Shown here one piece after another: positions 7,452 through 18,000 of a stretch of 64,000 nucleotides of DNA. The stretch comes from Planctomycetota bacterium (lineage in GTDB: Bacteria > Planctomycetota > B15-G4 > SIAN01). Under the pieces are notes generated by a model, which was given only the letters and a program-made list of their open reading frames with translations, ran no database searches and was not told where the DNA came from. A program made the position numbers and the translations under genes. The DNA is taken from assembly GCA_031409275.1 (NCBI GenBank), contig JANNXA010000022.1, positions 192,001 through 256,000 on the forward strand, in the 5' to 3' direction. Position 1 is the stretch's first letter. Each line of letters begins with the position of its first letter.

Positions 7452-9691
7452 TGTCTGGGCCTCGCGACCGTTCGCAGCGTGGCGCTGCCTTCGTCGACTT
7501 CGACGATCGCGTCGACCGGCACCGCTTCGAAGCGCTGCGTCTTCCCGGTGCGTGGCCACGCGACTTCGAGCGCGAGGATGCTGGTGGCATCGCGCAGACC
7601 GAATTCCGCCTGCAGGCTGTTGCCGCCGAAGCTCGAGTTGCCGCCCACCCACTGATGGACGGTGCGCGGCCCGGTCGGCTCCTGGAACGTCACGGCGAGG
7701 CGCGCACCGATGCCGAAGCGGTTCGACTCGCGGCCGATCAGGCGGACCGTGAGCCAGTGCTGGTCGTTGCCCGGATTGCGGAACAGCGCACTCCCGAACG
7801 CGTCGTCGCGCAGCACGCCGCCGATCACGACGAAGAGATCCTCGTCGCCGTCGCCATCGAGATCGCCGATCGCGACGCCGTGCCCCTTCTGGAGGTGGCC
7901 GGTGCCGCTCGCCGTGGTGACGTCCTGGAAGCGGCGTCCCCCCTCGTTGCGCAGCAGCACGTTGGGCCAGAGCGAGGCGAATTCGGGGTCGCCGGTGGCC
8001 AGGTAGAGGTCGGGCCAGCCGTCGTGGTCGAGATCGCCGAAGTTCGACCCCATCGGGAAGGCGACTCGCGCGAGTCCGCGCTCCTGGGTCACGTCGCGGA
8101 AGCCGCCATGGCCGTCGTTTTCGTAGAGGCGCTGCGTGTCGGCGCCGAGGCGGCGCTCGCGAAACCACGCCGCCATCTCGAGCGGACGCGTCGCAGGCGT
8201 CGCGTAGCAGCTCACATAGAGGTCGGGCCAGCCGTCCTGATTGGCGTCGAAGAACCAGCACGAGAAGCTCTTGATCGGCTCGGCGACGCCAAGCTGCGTC
8301 GCGACGTCGATGAACTTGCCGTCGCCTTCGTTCCGGTACAGCCGATTGCGTCCACCGAGGTTCGAGACGTAGAGATCGGGATCGCGATCGCCGTCGTAGT
8401 CGCAGAAGGCGGCGCCTTTGCACAGCGCGTCGTTGCGCACTCCAGCGCGGTCGGTGATCTCCTCGAAGGTGGCGTCGCCGCGATTCTTGAACAGACGGCA
8501 CGGATAGTCCTCGGCCGAACCGGCGCCGAGGCTCTCGTAGCCGAGGAAGAGGTCGAGGTCGCCGTCGAGGTCGATGTCCGCGGTTGCCGACACGAGGCTC
8601 GGCGCCGAGATCTCGATCCCCGCTTCGCGCGTGCGATCGACGAAGGTGCCGTCGGCCTGCTGGATCAGCAGCGAGTTCGGCAGCTCGCCATGGCGATGGA
8701 TCCACGCCCCGCGCTGGACCAGCAGGTCGAGCCGGCGATCGCCATTCCAGTCGTGAGCGAAGCACTGGAACCCGCCGAGCTGGCCGGCGAGTCCCGCAGC
8801 CTCGGAGCGGTCGACGAAGGTGCCGTCGGGTTGCTGCACGAAGTAGCCGAGCGGATCCTCCGGCGCGGAGGAGGTCACCACCACGTCGAGCCGCCCGTCG
8901 CCGTCGATGTCATCCATGACCGCGCCGCCGGCGAGGCCGCAGGTCGCCAGGCCGAGCTCCTGCGCAGCGTCGGCGAAACGGGCGAACGGCGCCTCGGACT
9001 CGAACGCCGCCGCCGGCAATCGCCACGCTACGGGCAGCGCGTCGGGCCAGCTGCCGAGCGTCATGTGGGCGATGTTGAAGAGCCAGAGCGAACGCAGGTC
9101 GCCGGGGTCGGCCCGCAGCAGCGGCGCGAGCAGCGCGATGGCCGCTTCGCTGCCGCGGCGATCCTGGTGCAGCGCCGCCGGTGCGAACGGGACGATGCAG
9201 CTTTGCGGTCCATGCGCGGTGACGCAGTTGTCGCGCTCCGCCTGGCGCAGCGCGACGATCGCGAGCTGGCGCGTCACCGCGATCTCCGCCTCGACGGCGC
9301 CCGCCGCTTGCGCGGCCCGTCGGCACGCGTCGTACTCGCGGCGCGCGCCATCGAGGTCGCCATCCGAGAGCAGCGCGTCCGCCAACGCGTAACGCAGGTC
9401 GAAACGCACGTCGTCTCCCGCGTCTGCGGGCAGCTGCGCGAGTCGCGCCGGCAACTCGCGCAACGCGGCGCGTCCGTAGAGGAGCGCATCGCTCTCGCGC
9501 AATCGTGCGCCGAGGTCGCGCAGCAGCACCGACTTGCGGTCGGTGAGCGGCGGCAACGATGGATCGCGCTGACGCGGGCGACGCATGCCGCACGTGTCCT
9601 GGAGCGGGATGGAAAGCGGCGGCTGCTGTCCCGGCAAAGGATCTGCGATCGACAACGACGCCGCCCCAAGCGCCAGCCGGGCGAGCTTCAT
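7448..9691 (-). CDS. CRTAC1/ASPIC-UnbV family FG-GAP repeat protein with N-terminal TPR region
   Basis: AERDNC...SCIVP; WLFNIAHMTLG; MGSNFGDLDHDGWPDLYLATG; GHLQKGHGVA; SNRFGIGAR...SSFGGN. Confidence 0.88.
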   Translation of the reverse strand: MKLARLALGAASLSIADPLPGQQPPLSIPLQDTCGMRRPRQRDPSLPPLTDRKSVLLRDLGARLRESDALLYGRAALRELPARLAQLPADAGDDVRFDLRYALADALLSDGDLDGARREYDACRRAAQAAGAVEAEIAVTRQLAIVALRQAERDNCVTAHGPQSCIVPFAPAALHQDRRGSEAAIALLAPLLRADPGDLRSLWLFNIAHMTLGSWPDALPVAWRLPAAAFESEAPFARFADAAQELGLATCGLAGGAVMDDIDGDGRLDVVVTSSAPEDPLGYFVQQPDGTFVDRSEAAGLAGQLGGFQCFAHDWNGDRRLDLLVQRGAWIHRHGELPNSLLIQQADGTFVDRTREAGIEISAPSLVSATADIDLDGDLDLFLGYESLGAGSAEDYPCRLFKNRGDATFEEITDRAGVRNDALCKGAAFCDYDGDRDPDLYVSNLGGRNRLYRNEGDGKFIDVATQLGVAEPIKSFSCWFFDANQDGWPDLYVSCYATPATRPLEMAAWFRERRLGADTQRLYENDGHGGFRDVTQERGLARVAFPMGSNFGDLDHDGWPDLYLATGDPEFASLWPNVLLRNEGGRRFQDVTTASGTGHLQKGHGVAIGDLDGDGDEDLFVVIGGVLRDDAFGSALFRNPGNDQHWLTVRLIGRESNRFGIGARLAVTFQEPTGPRTVHQWVGGNSSFGGNSLQAEFGLRDATSILALEVAWPRTGKTQRFEAVPVDAIVEVDEGSATLRTVARPRQ

Positions 9692-9716
9692 CGAGAGCGG
9701 TCGCAAGCGCGGCGGC

Positions 9717-11675
9717 TCAGCGAATCGTCAGGTCGACGCGATTGGTGATGGCGCCGGCTTTCGGCTTGTAGCGGTCGACCACCAGCGATTGCAGGTAGAC
9801 GTCGATGCCGATCAGCGAGGAATCGTCGGGAACGTCGAGCGCGAGCGAGCGCGCACCCGTCGCGTCGACGGCTCCGATGTCGAGCAGCAGCGCGAGGCCG
9901 AAGTCGATGGTGAAGGTGCCAAACGGCGCGAACGGCAGGCTGCCGATCGCCGTGCTGCCGAAGAGCCAGGCGTCGCTCCCCTGCGTTCCCGTGGTGTCGA
10001 ACTGCAGCGTCGTGTTGATGATCGGCTCGCCGCGGACCAGCAGCGTGTAGGGAGGCACGCCCCACAGTTCGAGGTCGGCGACGTCCCATTCGATGTCGAC
10101 GCCGTCGGCGGCGCCGGTCGCGCTGCCCACCAGTCGCACCGAGAGATTCGCGAGGTCGCCCCAGATCAGCGTCGGAGCGCCATCGATGGCCGCTCCCTTG
10201 CTCACCAGCGCGCTCACCTCGCGCCACGCGGCCGGGTCGGGGACCGCAAGCACCGGGATCGCGCCACCCGCGCTGCCGACGATCGGCACCACCGTGTTCC
10301 AATCCTGCGAGGTCGAACCGGGCGCCGAGAAGGTGCCGTCGACGGACGCTTCGAGCCGATAGGTGTCGTCCTGGATCGGGCCCGTCGTCCGGTAGCGCAC
10401 CCGAACCACGATCTGCTGCAGCAGCCCGCGCGGGGTCGCGTCGAATCCGGCAAGGCGCAACTCCTGCGAGCCGGCCGGGACGAGCGCGCCGACGTCATCC
10501 TGAACGAACGCGGAAGTGCCATTGCGCGCGCCGCCCCCAAGGTCGGTCGCGCTCGACGCCGTCCGCGTGCCGAGGCGCTGCACGAATCCGAAACGACGCG
10601 TCTCGCCGTCACCGTCCGCGGTGACGCCGCCGAGTCCCTGCCACACCTTCTCTTCGTGCAGGTCGTAGCCGCGCTTCTTCGGATGGATCGCGTCGAGCCC
10701 GAAGAAGCTGCAGATCAGGTCATCCTCGCCGACGATCGTGCCGGACACCGGATCGAGGTGCTCGTAATCGGGCCACACCTCGGCGATGGCGACGCGCCGC
10801 CGTTGTCCCCACGCCACGTCTCGCAGCACCTGGTTCCACACCGCGCCCCACTCGTTGTGGAAGGCGTTGTTGCCGCCTTTGTTGTCGTAGACCGTGTTGA
10901 GGATCACGTCGACGTCGGGCAACTCGGTCTGCAGGGTGGAGAGCAGTTCCTGCACGTTCTGGCGGGCGGCGACCAGATTCGCCGCGGTCCTGGCGTGGTC
11001 CCCGTCATCAGCGAGGAAGTCGTTGCCGCCGATCGAGATCGTGACCAGCTGCGCGTTGGCGGCGATGGCGTCGAAGAGGTTGCCGCTCTTGCCCGGATCG
11101 AGCAGATCGAAGGTCGTGTAGCCCAGCACGGCTTCCTTCTGGAGCCGCGCGCTGCCGGCGCGATCGAGTTTCGCGGTAGTGAGCGGCGTCACGTAGTCGT
11201 TCTTGCCGCCGACCGAGTCGCACAGGTTGAAGCCGAAGGCGATCGAATCGCCGAGCGCCACGTGCAGCAGCGGGGCCGCGCCGCTCGACGAGCGCAAGTG
11301 GCCGACCAGCAGGTCGAGCAACGCGGGCCGGCGGCGCCCCTGCGGATAGTCGGGGATCGGATCGGCGTCGCCGCCAAGATCCTGGTAGGCGAAGCGCCAG
11401 TCGGCGCCGAGCGCCACGTCGAGCAGGTACTTCGAGCCGTTGATCGGGTTGAAGGAGAAGGCGCCGTCGGGACCGGTCACCACCGTCACGTCGAAGGCGC
11501 CGTCGTCGCCGTAGAGCGTGACGGAGCGTCCGGCCAGGAGCGGCTCGCCCGGATCGAGGAGTCCATCGCGATCGAGGTCGTGGAAGAGTGCTCCGTCGAT
11601 CGCCTGGCCCTGCACCGACGGGGTCAGCAGGGTCCCGACGATCAGAAGGGGAAGCGTACGGGGGATGAGGGTCAC
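9717..11675 (-). CDS. Secreted SGNH/GDSL hydrolase with N-terminal SdrD-B-like domain and shared C-terminal domain
   Basis: Signal peptide; FHDLDRDGLLDPGEP (SdrD B-like); ALGDS block I, SIGGND block III, DAIHP block V. Confidence 0.82.
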   Translation of the reverse strand: MTLIPRTLPLLIVGTLLTPSVQGQAIDGALFHDLDRDGLLDPGEPLLAGRSVTLYGDDGAFDVTVVTGPDGAFSFNPINGSKYLLDVALGADWRFAYQDLGGDADPIPDYPQGRRRPALLDLLVGHLRSSSGAAPLLHVALGDSIAFGFNLCDSVGGKNDYVTPLTTAKLDRAGSARLQKEAVLGYTTFDLLDPGKSGNLFDAIAANAQLVTISIGGNDFLADDGDHARTAANLVAARQNVQELLSTLQTELPDVDVILNTVYDNKGGNNAFHNEWGAVWNQVLRDVAWGQRRRVAIAEVWPDYEHLDPVSGTIVGEDDLICSFFGLDAIHPKKRGYDLHEEKVWQGLGGVTADGDGETRRFGFVQRLGTRTASSATDLGGGARNGTSAFVQDDVGALVPAGSQELRLAGFDATPRGLLQQIVVRVRYRTTGPIQDDTYRLEASVDGTFSAPGSTSQDWNTVVPIVGSAGGAIPVLAVPDPAAWREVSALVSKGAAIDGAPTLIWGDLANLSVRLVGSATGAADGVDIEWDVADLELWGVPPYTLLVRGEPIINTTLQFDTTGTQGSDAWLFGSTAIGSLPFAPFGTFTIDFGLALLLDIGAVDATGARSLALDVPDDSSLIGIDVYLQSLVVDRYKPKAGAITNRVDLTIR

Positions 11676-11798
11676 GGAAGTTCCTCGAGGAGGGGCGGCG
11701 AGGTGACGGGAGAACGCGGCCGGGACGATCGCCGAGAATGATCGCGACCGGGCGCGGACGGCGGAAGGGTGTGCTTGCGGCGGGCCTCGCCGGCGACG

Positions 11799-12725
11799 TC
11801 ACTCCTTCGCGGCGCGCTCGGAGGTGGCCGTGTACTTGCCGAGCTTGGCGACGTAGTGCTTCTGGTTCTTCGCGAACCACTTGTCCCAGTCGCGCTTCTC
11901 GTCCCGACTCCAATCTGGCAGCGCGTCGGCGCCCTGCTTCAGCGCGGACTTCGCCAGCGCATCGCGCAGCGTCGGGCCGGTCGGGTCGGGGCCACCGAAT
12001 CGGCCCTCGCCGATCGGCGCGACGCCAAGTCGCTCCACCACGATCTGCGCGCCCTTGCGCGCGCCGTGGCGCAACAGCCCATCGACCGTCGCCTGCAAGA
12101 GCGGTTCGTTCCAGCGCGAAAGCGTCGGCAGCAGTTCGCCCAGCGCCGCCACGCCGCGGTCATCCGCAAGCGGCGCGAGCGCGTTCACGACTTCGAGCGC
12201 GAGGCCGTTCAACTCTGTCCGTCGCTTGTTCCGTTCGATCGCCTTGGGGTCCTCCGGCTCGGTCGCGCCGCCCGCACCACCGCCCGCACCACCGCCCGCA
12301 CCACCGCCCGCACCACCCCGCCCGCCGCCCCAATCGCCACGGCCGTAGGGCATCTTCGCGAGTTCCTTCGACGTGGCCTCGAGCGCGCCGATCAGCGCTG
12401 GAATGGCGACGTCGGCGTGCATCTTCGCCAGTCGCTTCGCCGCTTCGGTTCCGACCGCCGCGGCTTCGTCATCGAGCGCACTCGCGACGAGCTTGGCAGC
12501 GTCGAGCGACGGGCCGAACGGCCGCGCGGCGTCAAGCTCCGCGAGCTGGCCGATCGCTGCGCTGCGGTCGAACAGGTCCTTCGACTTGAGCCGAGCCGCG
12601 AACTCTGCGAGCGCCGATGCCTCCGCTTTCTGATGCACGGCGCACGGCGCCGTCGGCTTGCAGTCGGGGCACTCCTGCGCGCTGCCAATCCACGCGAGGC
12701 AGAGGGTGAGCAGCCAAGCGAACAT
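11799..12725 (-). CDS. Exported HEAT-repeat protein with N-terminal CxxC-x5-CxxH motif and Gly-rich insert
   Basis: Short signal peptide; CPDCKPTAPCAVH; helical repeats (ALDDEAAAVGTEAAKRL, AIPALIGAL); GAAGGAG RBS. Confidence 0.7.
   Translation of the reverse strand: MFAWLLTLCLAWIGSAQECPDCKPTAPCAVHQKAEASALAEFAARLKSKDLFDRSAAIGQLAELDAARPFGPSLDAAKLVASALDDEAAAVGTEAAKRLAKMHADVAIPALIGALEATSKELAKMPYGRGDWGGGRGGAGGGAGGGAGGGAGGATEPEDPKAIERNKRRTELNGLALEVVNALAPLADDRGVAALGELLPTLSRWNEPLLQATVDGLLRHGARKGAQIVVERLGVAPIGEGRFGGPDPTGPTLRDALAKSALKQGADALPDWSRDEKRDWDKWFAKNQKHYVAKLGKYTATSERAAKE
12268..12315. repeat. Four perfect tandem copies of 12-bp CCGCCCGCACCA (encodes GAGG x4 on - strand)
   Basis: Read directly from the sequence; in-frame within the 11799..12725 CDS. 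Confidence 0.95.
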
Positions 12726-12850
12726 CGCGATCTCCTTCGCAGAGCCCCGCGCGCAGCGGCGCAACCAGCCGACTCGCGACGATAGCCCCGTGCGCGGCGC
12801 GCCGCGGCGTCAACGAAGGAGCGGTGCAGCGAATGACGAAAGGATGACGC

Positions 12851-14923
12851 TCACCAGATCTTCACTTGCTCCTTTTCGTCGCGCCACATCGGCGCGCCTG
12901 GCGCGACCGCGAACGCCTGATGGAACTGCGGCACGTTGGCGAAGGGGCCGTTCACCCGCCACTTCGCAGGCGAATGGACATCGGAGAGGAGCTGCTGGCG
13001 CAGCCGCTCGTCGCGTTGGTGGCCGAGCCATCCGAGCGCATAGCCGAGGAAGTAGCGCTGCACCGGCGTCAGGCCCGCGATCGACTTGCCTTCGCGGTAC
13101 TGCGCCGTCTTCTTGAAGGCGTCGAGTCCCAGCACGACGCCGCCGAAGTCGGCGATGTTCTCGCCGAGCGTCGCTTCGCCGTTGATGAACAACCCGGGCA
13201 GCGGCTCGTACGCCGCGAACTGCTTCACCATCACCTGCGCGCGCGCGTTGAATTGCGCTGCATCCTCCGCCGTCCACCAATCGGCGAGATTGCCGGCGAT
13301 GTCGAACTGCCGCCCTTCGTCGTCGAAGCCGTGGGTGATCTCGTGGCCGATGGTGCTGGCGCCGGCGTAGCCGTAGACGAGCGCATCGTCGGCGTCTTCA
13401 TCGCGCAGCCCGGGGATCAGGAAGATCCCGGCCGGCAGCACGATCTCGTTGTTCGACGGGTTGTAGTAGGCGTTGTAGGTCTGCGGCGTCATCTCCCACT
13501 CGTCGCGATCGACCGGCTTGCCGAACTTCGCGACGTCGCGGCCGAACTCGAAGCGCGCGGCGTTCATCATGTTCTGCGCGAAGCTCTCGCGCCCGACGAC
13601 CAGCTTCGTGCAGTCCTTCCAGCGGTCGGGATAGCCGACCTTCTTCTTCATCGTGTCGAGCTTGGCGAGCGCCTTCTCCTTGGTGGCCTGGCTCATCCAG
13701 TCGAGGTGGAGGAGGTGCTCGCGATAGGTGGCGCGGATCGATTCGACGAGGTCGACGTAGCGTTGCTTGGTGCGCGCCGAGAAGTAGTCGCGCACGAAGA
13801 GGCGCCCGACCACCATCCCCATCGCCCGTTCCTGCGCATCGAGCACACGCTTCCAGCGCGGTCGCTGCTCCTTCGCGCCTTGCAGCGTGCGTCCGTAGAA
13901 GGCGAAGTGCTCGACGTCGAAGTCGCGGCTGAGGTAGGCGGCGAACTCGTGCAGCAGGTGGACGCGCAGGTAGTCCTGCAGCAGCGCAAGCGGCGTCGCC
14001 TGCAGCAGCGCGTCGACCGCCACGAAGAACTCAGGTTGTCCGACGATCACGCTGTCCGCTGCGGCAAGGCCGTGCACGTCGAGCAGCGCGCGCCAGTCGC
14101 AATGCGGCGCGTACTCGCGGAACAGCTCCACCGACATCTTGTGGTAGTTCGCATACGGGTCGCGCAGCGCCTCGAGCGGCTTGCTCGCCTGCGCCAGCGC
14201 CGTCTCGAACGCCAGGATCGCCGCGCCGGCGCTCTCCGCCTCCGCAGCCGGTCGTCCGAGGAGCGTCAGGAGGCGCGCGACGTGATGCGGATACTCGGCG
14301 CGCACAGCCGCGACGCCGGGTTCGTCGTTGAAGTAGTAGTCGCGTTCAGGCAGGCCGAGACCGCCCTGCGAGAGTTGCACCGCGATCACGTCGCTCTGCT
14401 TGGCGTCCTGGCTGATGCCCAGCGACCAGAACGCTTCGACGCCGATCTGCTGCAACTCGTTCGCGAGCGTCACCACGCCGGTCGCATCGCGCAGCGCATC
14501 GATCTTCGCGAACAGCGCGGCGAGCGGCGCCGCGCCCTCGGCGTTGATCCGTGTTTCGTCCATCGCGACGCTCCAGAAGTCGCCGAGCTTCTGCTCGTCG
14601 CTGCCAGGGGCACCGTTCGCGCGAGTCGCCTGCTCGTTCAACGTCCGCTTGATCGCGTAGAGCTCCTCGTTCACGAGGTGGCCGATGGTCCACGCCGCTT
14701 CGCTCGGCGGAATCGGGTTGCGCTTCATCCAGCCGCCGTTGGCGTACTGGAAGAAGTCGACGCCGGGATCGACACTCGGGTCGAGGTTGGTCGCGAGCAG
14801 GTCGGCCGTGGCCAAAGTGGCGGTCTCCGTCGCGGCGCGATTCCCCACCGCTCCCGAATCGGGGGCGCCGCAGCTTGCGGCCAGTCCCAGCAGCGGCAGT
14901 TCGAGAGGCAATCGGCGACGCAT
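12851..14923 (-). CDS. M13 family metallopeptidase (neprilysin/PepO-like), lipoprotein
   Basis: DFFQYANGGW, NAYYNP, GHEITHGFDDEG (HExxH), TLGENIAD, HSP...RVNG; LAASC lipobox. Confidence 0.95.
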   Translation of the reverse strand: MRRRLPLELPLLGLAASCGAPDSGAVGNRAATETATLATADLLATNLDPSVDPGVDFFQYANGGWMKRNPIPPSEAAWTIGHLVNEELYAIKRTLNEQATRANGAPGSDEQKLGDFWSVAMDETRINAEGAAPLAALFAKIDALRDATGVVTLANELQQIGVEAFWSLGISQDAKQSDVIAVQLSQGGLGLPERDYYFNDEPGVAAVRAEYPHHVARLLTLLGRPAAEAESAGAAILAFETALAQASKPLEALRDPYANYHKMSVELFREYAPHCDWRALLDVHGLAAADSVIVGQPEFFVAVDALLQATPLALLQDYLRVHLLHEFAAYLSRDFDVEHFAFYGRTLQGAKEQRPRWKRVLDAQERAMGMVVGRLFVRDYFSARTKQRYVDLVESIRATYREHLLHLDWMSQATKEKALAKLDTMKKKVGYPDRWKDCTKLVVGRESFAQNMMNAARFEFGRDVAKFGKPVDRDEWEMTPQTYNAYYNPSNNEIVLPAGIFLIPGLRDEDADDALVYGYAGASTIGHEITHGFDDEGRQFDIAGNLADWWTAEDAAQFNARAQVMVKQFAAYEPLPGLFINGEATLGENIADFGGVVLGLDAFKKTAQYREGKSIAGLTPVQRYFLGYALGWLGHQRDERLRQQLLSDVHSPAKWRVNGPFANVPQFHQAFAVAPGAPMWRDEKEQVKIW

Positions 14924-15045
14924 GAGTGGACTCCATGGGGAGCAGCGCAACGGCGGCGATGGTAACTCCGCAATGCCGGCGCCTCGACCGGGCCGGCTCG
15001 ACGTACGATCACCGGTCGGTTCTTTCCATGCGAGGCGACCCTGCG

Positions 15046-18000
15046 ATGGCTCGATCCGCGAGACGTTCCCGCGACGAATGGCGCCGCCTCTTCGCGATCG
15101 CAGCCCTTGGCGTCGGCGACCCCGATCGTGGCGCCCTCGCGCCGCCCGACTTCCAGCGCGAAGTGCTGCCGCTCCTCGCCGATCGCTGCTTCCGCTGCCA
15201 TGGACCCGACGAAGGCGCGCGCAAGCGCGGTCTGCGGCTCGACACGGCGGAGGGAGCTCGCGCGTTGCTGAAAAGCGGTCGTCGCGCCATCGTTCCAGGG
15301 GATCTGGCCGCAAGCGAAATGGTCCGCCGCATCACCAGCGAGGACGATCGCCGCGTGATGCCGCCCGCCGACTTCGCGCGACCGCTCGCCGAAGGGGAGC
15401 GCGACCTGTTGCTGCGCTGGATCGAAGGCGGTGCCGACTACGCCACGCACTGGGCCTTCGTGGCGCCGCATCGCGCGCCTCTGCCGGCCGTGCTCGACGC
15501 GGGGTGGTGTCGCGACCCGCTCGATCGATACGTGCTGGCGCGATTAGAAGCTGACGCGCTGGCCCCTGCGCCGGAAGCGGATCGCTCGACGTGGCTGCGC
15601 CGCGCGTCGCTTGCGCTCACCGGCTTGCCCCCCACCCTCGAAGAGCTGGCGGCGTTTCGCGCGTCGACCGCAGCGGATGCCTTCGAGCGCGAAACGGATC
15701 GACTGCTGGCGTCGTCGGCCTACGCCGAGCGGATGGCGGCGGACTGGCTCGATGTGGCCCGCTTCGCCGACACCTTCGGCTACCAGAGCGATTGGGACTG
15801 CAACACCTGGCCGTGGCGCGATTGGCTGATCGGCGCGTTCCAGCGCGACCTGCCCTTCGACGAGTTCATCGTCGAGCAGATCGCCGGGGATCTCCTCCCC
15901 GGCGCAACGCGCGACCAACGCCTCGCCACCGCGTTCAACCGTCTGCACCGTCAAACCAACGAAGGCGGTTCGATCGACGAGGAGTTCCGTCAGGAGCATC
16001 TGGCCGATCGCGTGTCGACCTATGCCACCGCCTTCCTCGGCCTGACGGTCGAGTGCGCTCGCTGCCACGACCACAAGTACGACCCGATCGGGCAGGCCGA
16101 CTTCTATCGGCTCGGCGCCTTCTTCGGCGCGATCGATGAAGCGGGTACCTATGCCTATTCGACCGGCGCGATCCCGCGGCCGGTGCTGCGCCTGCCGAAC
16201 GTCGAGCAGGAGGCGGAGCTCGCGCGGCGCGACGCGGTGGTCGCCGAAGCGACGGCGCTCTACGAGCAGGCGGTGGTCGCCGCGCGGAGCTCGAGTCGCG
16301 AGCGGATCGCGGCGCTGCCCGCGCTGCTGGTCGCACCGCCGGTGCGCCACGAGCCGCTCGATGGCGGCGCGCCCGGTCCGAGCGGCTCGGCGACGGCGCT
16401 GGCCGGCGACGACGGGCCGACCTTCGGCGACCTGCCGCCGTTTCGGCGCTGCGACCCGCTGAGCGTGCGACTCGCCGTCCTGTGCCCCGACGTGAAGGCG
16501 CGCGCGACGATCCTGCACACCAGTAGCTTCACGATCGAGAGCGATCAGCAGGGGTATCAGCTGCTGCTGGAAGAGGGGCACCTCGCCTGGCAGGTGCTCC
16601 ACCTGTGGCCCGGCTCCGCGGCGGCGATTCGCACGCTCGAACCCTTCCCGCTCGCCCGATTCGTCGACGTCGTCGCCACCTACGACGGCTCGTCGCGCGG
16701 CGGCGGTCTGCGCCTCTACTTCGACGGCGAGCCGGTCGCGACCGAGATCGTGCGCGACCATCTCGACGGCGCAGCGACCGTTCGCACGCTTCAGATCGGC
16801 CACCGCGATCGCGACGTCGGACTTGCGGGAGGCGTGGTCGACGAGTGGATGCTCTTCGATCGCGCGCTGACCGAGATCGAGGTCGCCGAGCTGCACGCGC
16901 CGGGCGCCTTCGCGGCGAGTCGGGAGGCGCTGCAGGCTGCCGAGATCTCGCCCGCGCGAGACGAACTTGCGGTCGCGCTCGACGCCAACGTCGCGAGTGC
17001 GTTCGCCTTGCTGCGGGCCGCGCGCGCGGCGCAGCAGGAGCTGCTCGAGTCGCTCCGCGAAGTGATGGTGATGGAGGCGAGCGACCATCCGCGACCGACC
17101 TTCGTCCTGACGCGTGGCGCGTACGACCAACCCGATCGCTCGCGGCCGCTGGCGCCCGATGCGGCGATTCCGGCGTTGCTCGCCTTCGATCCGACCTGGA
17201 CGCACGATCGGCTCGGCCTGGCGCGCTGGACGATCTCGCCGCAGAACCCGTTGCCGGCGCGGGTCGCCGTGAACCGCCTGTTCGCGCTCTGCTTCGGGCG
17301 CGGCCTCGTGGACACGCAGGAGAACTTCGGGACGCAGGGCGCGCGGCCAAGCCATCCCGAGCTGCTCGACACGTTGGCGGTCGACTTCGTCGAATCGGGT
17401 TGGCGGGTGAAGGCGATGCTCAAGCGCCTGGTGCTGTCGGCCACGTTTCGGCAATCGTCGGTGGCGACGGCGACGCAGCTCGACCGCGATCCGCTCAACC
17501 GGCAGCTCGGGCGCGGGCCCTCGATTCGCCTTTCCGCCGAGATGATGCGGGATCAGGCCCTGCTCGCCGCGGGGCTGCTCGTCGAGCGCCTCGGCGGTCC
17601 GAGCGTGAAGCCCTGGCAGCCGCCCGGTCTGTGGGAGGAGGCGGGCGCGACGGGCGCCTACCAGCCCGACGTCGGCGCGGACGCCCATCGCCGCGGCCTC
17701 TACACCTTCCGCAAGCGAACGGCTCCCCCGCCGAATCTGGTGCTGTTCGACGCGGGCAGCCGCGAGCAGTGCCTCGCTCGCCGCCAGCCAACGCAGACGC
17801 CGTTGCAGCAGCTGGTGGTGTGGAACGATCCGGTCTACTTCGAAGCGGCGCGCGCGTTGGCGCAGCGCGTCGCAAGCGAGGGCGTCGAGCTCGACGGCCA
17901 GCTCGTGCGAGCGTTCGAGCGACTCGCGTCGCGCGCGCCGACGGTGGCGGAGCTCGAGTCGCTGCGATCGCTCCATGAAAGTCAGCGGCGGGCGCTGCTG

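Noticed and set aside
4800..8910. Recurring GTCGCCGTCG..GTCG DNA motifs resembling a repeat array
   Set aside because: They encode FG-GAP D.DGDGD.D loops; irregular spacing and degenerate sequence, so not CRISPR, and no cas genes are present.
7232..11741. Long plus-strand ORFs (838 aa and 718 aa)
   Set aside because: Antisense to well-supported FG-GAP and SGNH genes; Arg/Ala-rich, non-protein-like composition.
12728..12822. CTCCTTCG / CGAAGGAG inverted repeat that could sequester the SD of the HEAT gene
   Set aside because: A TATCGT -10-like box lies between the arms, so the distal arm is probably not transcribed; an 8-bp match is plausible by chance.
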